A stretch of DNA of 64,000 nt from Candidatus Micrarchaeota archaeon (GTDB taxonomy: Archaea > Micrarchaeota > Micrarchaeia > Micrarchaeales > CABMGC01), in assembly GCA_021796225.1 (NCBI GenBank), contig JAJYOL010000001.1:3471-67470 (forward strand), in the 5' to 3' direction. The notes below the pieces were generated by a model that saw only the letters and a program-made list of their open reading frames with translations, searched no databases and was not told the origin of the DNA. Position numbers and translations under genes: made by a program. Shown here piece by piece: positions 51,687 through 59,611 of this stretch. The first letter of the stretch is position 1, and every line of letters starts with the position of its first letter.

Positions 51687-52526
51687 ATGAAATCAAAACT
51701 TCAATCCGCAATGGAATATCTCATGACATATGGATGGGCTATACTAGTCATTGCGGTTGTTCTAGGTGTTTTGTACTCGCTAGGAATTTTTAGTCCGTCA
51801 AACTTCGCACCGAAGGCACAGCCTGGAAGCTGTCAAGTATTCAGACCGAACGGCCCTGGAACGAATTACGATATAAATCTTGAAGGAACGTGCAGCGGCG
51901 AACTGCCTGAATATGCTGCGCAATTCGATGGCAAATCAAGTTACATAAATGCCGGCGAGAGTTCGCTGCTGCAATCGAATACTTTTACTATAACGGCATG
52001 GGTAAATCCCGCAACGCTCGATTTAAGCGGAAATGCCATAACCGGCAGCTCTTCTCCAAGCGGCGTCGAGTTCAGACTGGCAAATTCCGGGGGGAAATTA
52101 TACCTGCAAGCACTCAAGGAAGACATAACTGGAATAGGGACATCTACAGGATACGTATCTGCAGGCACTTGGAGTTTTGTCGCAGTAACATACAATTCAA
52201 GTGCAAATGGTGCTTATGCCTATTACGTAAATGGGGCAAATGCAGGTTCCGGAAACAACTTGCAAACTTTCTCATGGAGCAGCCAATACATAGGAAAACA
52301 ATCAAGCAACACGGAATACTTCAACGGCATGCTCTCAAATGTGCAAATATACAACGTTTCGTTATCGGGAAATGATGTTGCCGCTTTGTACGCCGAAGGC
52401 ATAGGGGGAACACCTACAGATTTACGGCACATATGCGGCTGGTGGCCGCTGAACGGAAATGCGAACGATTACAGCGGAAACAACAACGACGGCATACCAA
52501 CTAACATTATTTACAAAAATACCTAG
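51687..52526 (+). CDS. Class III signal peptide pilin-like LamG protein, paralog 5, 3'-truncated by IS insertion
   Basis: Ends ...NDGIPTNIIYKNT* and lacks the conserved TG(S/T)WQ(S/G)GY(S/T)AP tail. A remnant of the tail sequence is found after the IS right end, at about 54352..54380. Confidence 0.75.
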   Translation: MKSKLQSAMEYLMTYGWAILVIAVVLGVLYSLGIFSPSNFAPKAQPGSCQVFRPNGPGTNYDINLEGTCSGELPEYAAQFDGKSSYINAGESSLLQSNTFTITAWVNPATLDLSGNAITGSSSPSGVEFRLANSGGKLYLQALKEDITGIGTSTGYVSAGTWSFVAVTYNSSANGAYAYYVNGANAGSGNNLQTFSWSSQYIGKQSSNTEYFNGMLSNVQIYNVSLSGNDVAALYAEGIGGTPTDLRHICGWWPLNGNANDYSGNNNDGIPTNIIYKNT

Positions 52527-52632
52527 CAGAAAGCCCACGATTTCCAATCGTGGGATGAATGCGAATGTCTTGAAATTTGATAGAAACATATCTATATAAA
52601 TTAGAAGGGATATACAGTATCTAAGAATTAAT

Positions 52633-53025
52633 ATGGGATACAAACATAAGCGAACAAGTGTGGCAATGGTAAACTACCACATAGTATTCTGTCCGAAATA
52701 TAGGAGAAAGTTATTGGTAGGTGGCATAAAGAAAAGGCTTGAAGAGGTTATGTTTGATGTCGCACTTGAAAATGGGTGGAAGATTATTTCAAAAGAGGTC
52801 ATGCCAGATCACGTCCATCTATTCGTCTCTGCTGATGTAAGGTCAAGACCAGAGATAGTAGTCAAGAGATTCAAAGGCAGAAGTTCAAGGTATCTGCGCA
52901 ATGAGTTTCCAGAGCTCTTGAAGATGCCAACATTGTGGACTCGCTCATACTTTCTTTCAACCGCAGGAAATGTGTCCGCTGCGACAATCAAGAAATATAT
53001 AGAACAACAATGGGATAAAGTATGA
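52633..53025 (+). CDS. tnpA: IS200-type Y1 HUH transposase TnpA
   Basis: 130 aa; HUH motif HVHLFV; catalytic Tyr region TLWTRSYF. Confidence 0.85.
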   Translation: MGYKHKRTSVAMVNYHIVFCPKYRRKLLVGGIKKRLEEVMFDVALENGWKIISKEVMPDHVHLFVSADVRSRPEIVVKRFKGRSSRYLRNEFPELLKMPTLWTRSYFLSTAGNVSAATIKKYIEQQWDKV

Positions 53026-53038
53026 AACAAAAACGTTA

Positions 53039-53260
53039 ATGGTCTTGGGCATAATCTCAATACTTTTGGATTTGATAATCTCTATCAGTAGTGCCATTTC
53101 CTACTTTAACAGAGCGTGCAGCTGTCCTGCTGAAATTGTAGGGCAACCTCCAATACCTTGTTGCACAGACCCGTCTGCAATCTATCTTATATATTTTGGC
53201 ATAGCCCTTGTAGTAATTGGTCTGATTGCAATAACGGTAAAATGGTTTTATAAAAAGTGA
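53039..53260 (+). CDS. Small hydrophobic ORF between tnpA and tnpB (possibly spurious)
   Basis: 73 aa, Cys-containing hydrophobic peptide. Confidence 0.25.
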   Translation: MVLGIISILLDLIISISSAISYFNRACSCPAEIVGQPPIPCCTDPSAIYLIYFGIALVVIGLIAITVKWFYKK

Positions 53261-53261
53261 T

Positions 53262-54284
53262 ATGATGATTCTAACCTTCAAAATAAAACACGAAAGAAAT
53301 TTCTCCCCTGAGTTAGGAAAGGCAAGAAAGATTGCGGAGTATGTCTTGACACACAAAACAAGGTCTTCTAAGGATGTAAAACAATTCGGTCTAAAATCCG
53401 CAATCGCAAATCAGATACTCAGGAAATATGGAAACAACGAAACAATCAAGAATGTCAATAAGATAAAACTGACTGTTCCTTCTCAGTCGGTCAACGCAAA
53501 CAAAGAGCATAGGACAATAGAAATTCCGTGTCTAAAGTTCACCGCGCCATATAACTTCAGGAACGACTACGATAAGATAAACCAGATAGAACTGGACAAC
53601 GAATACGCCTATGTTTCAGTAAATGTAAAGGAAGAGCCACAAATAGTTCCTCAAACATGGATAGGCGTAGACAGAAACACAACAGGTCATATTGCAGTAG
53701 CAGGAAATCCAGAGACAGGGAAGATTCTGAAACTCGGAAAGGAGGCACTCCATATTCACAAGAAATACAGAAACATAAGAAGGAAGATGCAAAGAGAAGG
53801 AAAGTATAGCGTGGTAAAACGGATAAAGGACAGGGAATCAAGAATAATCAAGAACATAAACCACAACGTCTCAAAGGCAATAGTTGAGGCTGCAAAGGAA
53901 AATAATGCAGGGATAAAGTTGGAGAAACTGGAAGGCATAAGAAAAAACAGGAAGCACATAAGGAACTTCAACTACGGTCTGCATAGTTGGTCGTTCTACC
54001 AATTGCAGACGTTCATTGAATACAAAGCAAAATTATATGGAATACCTCTAACCTACGTGGAGCCTAAAAACACGTCCAAGGACTGTTCAAGGTGCGGAAA
54101 CGAAGGTATTAGAGATTCAAAAAAATTCGTGTGCCAGTCGTGTGGACACGTAGACCATGCCGACGCAAATGCATCGTTCAATATATCGCAGCGTCCTCCA
54201 ATTGGAGAAGGCAGAAGTCAATTGAATGCAGACAGGGATGCATTCAAGGGCAGCACTGATACGCCCCAAGGTGCAACTCTATGA
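53262..54284 (+). CDS. tnpB: IS605-family TnpB (RuvC-like nuclease with C-terminal zinc finger)
   Basis: RuvC-like motifs; zinc finger CSRCGN...CQSCGH; DADANASFNI. Confidence 0.85.
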   Translation: MMILTFKIKHERNFSPELGKARKIAEYVLTHKTRSSKDVKQFGLKSAIANQILRKYGNNETIKNVNKIKLTVPSQSVNANKEHRTIEIPCLKFTAPYNFRNDYDKINQIELDNEYAYVSVNVKEEPQIVPQTWIGVDRNTTGHIAVAGNPETGKILKLGKEALHIHKKYRNIRRKMQREGKYSVVKRIKDRESRIIKNINHNVSKAIVEAAKENNAGIKLEKLEGIRKNRKHIRNFNYGLHSWSFYQLQTFIEYKAKLYGIPLTYVEPKNTSKDCSRCGNEGIRDSKKFVCQSCGHVDHADANASFNISQRPPIGEGRSQLNADRDAFKGSTDTPQGATL

Positions 54285-54352
54285 ACGCAGAGACACCAAA
54301 CCAAAGAGGAACCCCACGAATTTATTCGTGGGAGGATGTCAGACTGCTTCAT
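54285..54352 (+). ncRNA. Putative omegaRNA/right-end RNA of the IS605 element (hairpin plus GGGAGGATGTCAGACT)
   Basis: Same architecture as the 3' flank of the solo tnpB at 3960..4010. Confidence 0.45.
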
Positions 54353-54477
54353 GGGCTTCAACGTATAGCGCTCCTTGAAAGTTGCATTTTAACGAAATTC
54401 TGTCAATAAAGCGTATAAATGCACTCATTTAAATACCACCTCGGTCATAATATGTATCGACCACAGAGGGTTCGAAT

Positions 54478-54681
54478 ATGAACGACAAGTATACGGAACT
54501 TGAACAACAGCTGACGGTGACTGATGCACAGCAGGAGAATCCTGAGATTGCACAGATGCCCTCAAAATTTTCATATCCGAATCCCACTGGTGGCAATAAA
54601 GGCGGCGGGGCATCCAACCCTCTTAATCTGAGAATATTCTCGGCAAGGGACCCGGGGCTCAAGACCGCACTGCGCAAGTAA
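54478..54681 (+). CDS. Small hypothetical protein (low complexity)
   Basis: 67 aa ORF with an upstream purine-rich stretch; uncertain. Confidence 0.25.
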   Translation: MNDKYTELEQQLTVTDAQQENPEIAQMPSKFSYPNPTGGNKGGGASNPLNLRIFSARDPGLKTALRK

Positions 54682-54765
54682 CCTCTGGATTCTTCGCGGC
54701 TAATATGAATAAAGACCCAGCGTCAGCACGCAAAGCTTAAAATCCTTTAATTCGCAAGCAGAAGT

Positions 54766-55674
54766 ATGTCCGCAAAACAATACGTCTGGTTCGACGGCAA
54801 GTTCATCGATTACTCTAAGGCCAACGTGCACATTCTTACGCATTCGCTCCAATACGGAACTGGCATGTTCGAGGGAATACGCGGATACAAGACCGAACGC
54901 GGCACTGCAATATTCAGATTAAAGGATCATGCAAGGCGCTTCATGCGCACGGCGAAGATACTCGGAATGCCTCTCGGCATAACTCAAAAGGAGTTCGAGC
55001 ATGCCGTAATATCCACGGTTAAGAAAAACAAGCTCAGCGACTGCTATATACGGCCGTTTGCATTCTATAACAATTCGCACATAGGTCTCGGAGTATCCGG
55101 GAAGAAGGTAAGCGTCGCAATTGCGGCAATGCCGTTCGGAAGCTATTTCGAGGACAGGAACAAGGGGATAACGTGCAAGATCTCTTCATGGAACAGGATA
55201 TCTTCAAACATACTGCCTCCTGAAGCCAAGGCCAGCGGAAACTATGCCAATTCGGTGCTCGCTTCGGAGGAAGCGAAGGCTGCGGGTGCCGAAGAGGCCA
55301 TCCTCACGACAGCGGGTGGATACGTCGCAGAAGGACCGGGTGAAAACATCATGCTTGTCGAAGACGGCAAGATAATAACGCCTTCCAAGGAATCGGATAT
55401 ACTTCTCGGGATAACCCGTGCATCACTTATCGATCTGGCTGAAGAATTGGGGATTGTCGTCGAAGAAAGGCTCGTCCACAAGGAAGAGCTGTTCACATGC
55501 GACGAATTGTTCTTCTGCGGCACAGCCGCTGAAGTAACGCCGATAATATCTGTGGATTCGAGAGCCGTCGGAAGCGGAAAACAAGGACCGATTACAAAAT
55601 TGCTCTCGGATAAGTTCTTCGCTATTGCACGGGGGCAGGTTCCTACTTATACGAAGTGGCTGACCTATCCCTGA
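54766..55674 (+). CDS. ilvE: Branched-chain amino acid aminotransferase
   Basis: Class IV aminotransferase pattern (FEGIRGY, EAKAAGAEEAIL, FFCGTAAEVTPI). Confidence 0.85.
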   Translation: MSAKQYVWFDGKFIDYSKANVHILTHSLQYGTGMFEGIRGYKTERGTAIFRLKDHARRFMRTAKILGMPLGITQKEFEHAVISTVKKNKLSDCYIRPFAFYNNSHIGLGVSGKKVSVAIAAMPFGSYFEDRNKGITCKISSWNRISSNILPPEAKASGNYANSVLASEEAKAAGAEEAILTTAGGYVAEGPGENIMLVEDGKIITPSKESDILLGITRASLIDLAEELGIVVEERLVHKEELFTCDELFFCGTAAEVTPIISVDSRAVGSGKQGPITKLLSDKFFAIARGQVPTYTKWLTYP

Positions 55675-55687
55675 CCGTTAAAAAGAA

Positions 55688-56044
55688 TTACAGCAGCTTC
55701 AATGACGACGTAAACGCGTCTATCTCGCTGTTTTTCCAAGGGCCGATGCCAAGCGCCGTGACGGTGCCAGGCGGCAATTCCGTAAGCCCGGCGTCTGTAA
55801 CAAGCGCGCACGGCACGTTCTTGAATTTGAATGCATCATTCAGTTTCCTGAGCGAAATTTCGTTTTCTACCTTCAGCACTATTTTCTTCTCTCCAGCGGC
55901 AAGCCACTTTTTAACGACTTCCTTGTCTGTCTTTTCCGCTTCGAAATAGCTCATCAAAGAAGCGTGTGCGACCTGTGCGGCAAGCTTGCCCTTGCCCATA
56001 TCCAAGTCATTTCTTACTACTATTACCTGCTTGATCTCGTCCAT
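55688..56044 (-). CDS. pth2: Peptidyl-tRNA hydrolase Pth2 (archaeal type)
   Basis: VVRNDLDMGKGKLAAQVAHAS signature. Confidence 0.85.
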   Translation of the reverse strand: MDEIKQVIVVRNDLDMGKGKLAAQVAHASLMSYFEAEKTDKEVVKKWLAAGEKKIVLKVENEISLRKLNDAFKFKNVPCALVTDAGLTELPPGTVTALGIGPWKNSEIDAFTSSLKLL

Positions 56045-56379
56045 GATCTTCACCGAAGCTTCTTACCGAGACTATTGAATACGCATCTTTAAATATGCGT
56101 GCGCCCTTTCCCGTTCGAAAGGGAAGGATTTTAACCCTATTATAATATACTATAATATTAATATGGGGATGAACGCGGGAAAATCATTGCCCGTGCGAAG
56201 CTCCGTTCCAAGCGGTAAACATGGATGTTAGACACTTGCCGTATATGCGGCAAAAGTGCTTTGTCGTCGGTAACACCCTGCTTTTTGACGAAGAAATACG
56301 TCATTTCGAGAAGTCGTTTCTAACGTCTGACGAATATATACCACAAATATACAAATTAAAAATTAAACAAAACGCAGTG

Positions 56380-56387
56380 TTTAAATA
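56380..56387 (+). promoter_or_regulatory. Putative TATA box (TTTAAATA) of the S-layer-like gene
   Basis: AT-rich element about 45 nt upstream of ATG 56432. Inverted repeats (ACGCAT..ATGCGT, CCCTTTC..GAAAGGG) lie further upstream at about 56085..56135. Confidence 0.3.
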
Positions 56388-56431
56388 CTTTACACCTAAG
56401 ATGTATTCACAAAAAAATGTTAAGTGATAGA

Positions 56432-59392
56432 ATGAAAAGTCTAAATGCAAAGAGAATAGCCGCTGTTGCGGCAAGTTTGGTAATGGGCATAGCCGTTGCT
56501 GGACAGGGTGTAACCTTCGGTAACATCCCTATCATAAGCAACCAGGGCCAGCCAGTCGTGCAGATAGTAGTGGGAAGCCACGCAGCACCTAGCGACGGAG
56601 TTGTCGCTGCGAACATCGCTGCGGTAATAGGCAACCTGGCACTTACGACCCAGAACGTAACCGCAACGGTCTCGACCGTTAATGGAACGTCCGCATGTGT
56701 CGTAACAACGCCTAAGTGCACACTGACAAACCAGCAGGTTTGGCTTGGCGAAAGTGGACTGTCCGCACCTAGCGGATCGTACTCATTCGGTGCGTTGATT
56801 GGTTCTGTAATAAACAGGGCTATACAGCTCAACACGCCTGCCAACACGAAGTCTCTGCAGGGATCAAGCTCACAATATGTGTATCCTGAATCCACTTCTT
56901 TGACTTCAACGCCTGCACCTAGCCCTTACTACGGAGTCGGTGTTCCACTGACAAACGCAGTAACTGCTAACTACAATGGAGGAGGCGTCGGCTTCGGCTC
57001 AACATTCACGAGCGGAGGTTCAGACAACATACTTCAGGTAAGCAGCGCACAGCTCCCTGCACTTTTGGGCAATTCTGGCTCAAACGGTGAAAGTGAGTAT
57101 CTGTGGCTTACGGGTTTCCCTGTATACAACCAGGAATCTACGGTAAACAACTTCCAGGTATTCGATGCCGGAGGTGCATACCAGATGACCTTTAACAAGC
57201 CTATACAGAACCAGACATCATCTGGCTCAACAAGCATAAATGTTCCTATAACATTGCTTGGACAGAGTTGGACAATAGTGAACGAAACTGGAGCAGGAAA
57301 GACCTCTTCAGTATCAAGCCAGCAGTTCACGACTGGTGGTAGCTTGTGGCTCGCATCTTCATTGACCCCTCTGCAGACTGTATACGTTGGTCACAACGTT
57401 TCAAACAGCTCTGTCGGCGGATTCAATGTAGAACTTACGGACCTTGGTCAGCCTAACTCCAACGGTGTAAGCACTGCAGCTTTGCAGGTTTACTACAACG
57501 GAGTGCCTACGAACACAACGCAGGTCAATGCGTACTCAACACAGAAGTTCAACGTTTCCGGACACATCTTGTATGTGCACGTAAACCAGACCTTCGCAGG
57601 GTTGTATGCATACCAGAAGTGGGCAAAGGTTCAGCTCTATTCCAACCTCGTACAGTTGAACAACGGTAAGAAGTTCAACCAGACTGGCGACAATGGATGG
57701 TACACGAACCTGTGGTGGACAAACACGTCAACATCAGGACAGGCAGATGCATTGCAGAGCATTGTAATATACAATACCTCTCCAACAACGCTGTCAACCG
57801 GACAAAGCTTGACGTTCTTGCCTAACCCTTCAAAGTATCAGCTTACTTTCGTAGGAGACAACCTCGGCAACAACTATGATCCGATACAGGCGCAGACTGC
57901 GTATTCGTCATCATTGCAGTACCAGAACCTCGGTACGGTAAGCGATGCACCTACAAGCCTGCAGATATCCAACATAACGGAACCTGCACAGGAACTTGTA
58001 GTCACAAGCTCAATACCGAACGCATTCAGCTACGCGGGACAGACAAGCTCAAGCGTAACATACGACTTGACTCCATACCAGCTCAATGAATACGGCAACT
58101 CAGTGACGACCAACACGATCGACACAGTGGCATGGAACTTTGCGGCTGCAAGCAGCACTGGTGCATGGATATCAAGCACGAACCCTGTTACTGTCAGAGT
58201 AACTGGATACGCAAGCAATACTGCAACTGCGATGACTTCCGACCCTGTAACATTCGATTCGATGTCAGGGAACGCCGTGCTTAGCACGAACCTGTACAAT
58301 GTTACTGGAATACAGCTCCAGCAGACACTTCCTGCAGGAACGTTGAGCATATATGCTGGAAACAGCGTAGGTCTCAATGGTGCAACGAACGTGATTTCAG
58401 GAACGCAGCTCGCTGCAAGCTTGACAGCAACAACGTCAGCACCTGGTCCGTCAATAGTGTATTCACTGAGCGGCAAGAACTATGATTACCTTGCCCCTGT
58501 AAGCGGAAACACTGTGATCTACAACCAGCAGAACGGTCAGTCAACAAGCAACTTCGTGCTTGCGACCGCGACGCCTTCTGGAACGTCTGCATCAACGTAC
58601 TTCACCTATACTCTGAACGAGATAGCGGTACCGACGAACACGGCTGCACAGGACTCGCTTGCATTCGGAATAGACAACACGACTGCTGGAATACAGCAGG
58701 GTGGAGCTCTATACCAGCTGAACTACTCTAAGACTGGTACGCACAACAACGCGACGTACACCTCAACGCAGGGAACGTCACTCAGCGTGAAGCAGGGCTT
58801 CGTGACTGAACGCGGAAGCAAGGTCGCTTCAATAACGCCTTCAAGCGTTACATTCGACCTGGCAAAGGCCGTCGACCAGTTGGAGTTCGTAGTAGGGCCG
58901 GCAACGACCAATACGACAGCATTGTCAACAACGACAAACTATGGTCCATACACAGTTGGACAGCAGACAAACCTGGCTAACGTAACCATAGCGGAGGTCA
59001 ATGCAACATGTGCATTCACCGCAACAAGCTGCTCAGTAAACACGAGCGACTTGAATGCAGTGCCTTCAGTGTCGCAGGCAGTAGTGTCTTCACACCTCAA
59101 CACGGCGACAACGCCTCTTGCGGTGCTTGACGCGAATGCAAACAATGCATCCACGCTCGTCGTAGTAGGAAGCGCGTACGTGAACTCTGTCGCAGGACAG
59201 ATATTCGCGGACAACCCACAGTTCGCTTCAAGCTTCGACAACGGAGGAGTGTCAGGGCCTAATGCGGTCACAGTGCAGTCGTTCGGTGCAAACAGAATCC
59301 TGGTAGCAGGGTTCAACGCAAGCCAGACGGTAGAAGCTGGAAACCAGTTCATAAACCAGCTCCTGACGCAGGCAAGCAGCACCACGGGCTAA
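56432..59392 (+). CDS. Large secreted surface glycoprotein, candidate S-layer protein
   Basis: Sec signal peptide (MKSLNAKRIAAVAASLVMGIAVAGQ). About 985 aa. Extremely Thr/Ser/Asn/Gln/Val-rich with many N-x-S/T sequons. A strong terminator follows. Confidence 0.6.
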   Translation: MKSLNAKRIAAVAASLVMGIAVAGQGVTFGNIPIISNQGQPVVQIVVGSHAAPSDGVVAANIAAVIGNLALTTQNVTATVSTVNGTSACVVTTPKCTLTNQQVWLGESGLSAPSGSYSFGALIGSVINRAIQLNTPANTKSLQGSSSQYVYPESTSLTSTPAPSPYYGVGVPLTNAVTANYNGGGVGFGSTFTSGGSDNILQVSSAQLPALLGNSGSNGESEYLWLTGFPVYNQESTVNNFQVFDAGGAYQMTFNKPIQNQTSSGSTSINVPITLLGQSWTIVNETGAGKTSSVSSQQFTTGGSLWLASSLTPLQTVYVGHNVSNSSVGGFNVELTDLGQPNSNGVSTAALQVYYNGVPTNTTQVNAYSTQKFNVSGHILYVHVNQTFAGLYAYQKWAKVQLYSNLVQLNNGKKFNQTGDNGWYTNLWWTNTSTSGQADALQSIVIYNTSPTTLSTGQSLTFLPNPSKYQLTFVGDNLGNNYDPIQAQTAYSSSLQYQNLGTVSDAPTSLQISNITEPAQELVVTSSIPNAFSYAGQTSSSVTYDLTPYQLNEYGNSVTTNTIDTVAWNFAAASSTGAWISSTNPVTVRVTGYASNTATAMTSDPVTFDSMSGNAVLSTNLYNVTGIQLQQTLPAGTLSIYAGNSVGLNGATNVISGTQLAASLTATTSAPGPSIVYSLSGKNYDYLAPVSGNTVIYNQQNGQSTSNFVLATATPSGTSASTYFTYTLNEIAVPTNTAAQDSLAFGIDNTTAGIQQGGALYQLNYSKTGTHNNATYTSTQGTSLSVKQGFVTERGSKVASITPSSVTFDLAKAVDQLEFVVGPATTNTTALSTTTNYGPYTVGQQTNLANVTIAEVNATCAFTATSCSVNTSDLNAVPSVSQAVVSSHLNTATTPLAVLDANANNASTLVVVGSAYVNSVAGQIFADNPQFASSFDNGGVSGPNAVTVQSFGANRILVAGFNASQTVEAGNQFINQLLTQASSTTG

Positions 59393-59421
59393 TCTGTAGC
59401 GACATAGCGGATATACAAACT

Positions 59422-59459
59422 GGCGGGGCCTTTTTGGCCCCGCCTTTTCTTTTTCTTTT
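59422..59459 (+). terminator. Hairpin GGCGGGGCC-TTTTT-GGCCCCGCC followed by a T-tract
   Basis: Perfect 9-bp GC-rich stem immediately after the 56432..59392 gene, then an oligo-T run (an archaeal termination signal). Confidence 0.6.
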
Positions 59460-59611
59460 GGTTTTAAATCTTTCAGCGTAAGCTAGGTCTCAAATGCTCT
59501 GCATCTCACGAAACCCCTCTTTTCCTCTTCAAAATTCGCATATTCTTTATAATTCACGGCTTAAGAACCAACAATAGTATATTTTATATATCAAACGGTT
59601 GGAACAATAAT

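Larger units (their letters stand above)
52515..54352 (+). mobile_element. IS200/IS605-family insertion sequence (LE-tnpA-orf-tnpB-RE) inserted 3' of a TTAC target (52511..52514)
   Basis: Subterminal hairpins at LE (CCCACGATT-TCC-AATCGTGGG, 52534..52554) and RE (CCCACGAA-TTTA-TTCGTGGG, 54313..54332). Y1 HUH TnpA plus TnpB. The interrupted host gene continues downstream. Confidence 0.75.
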
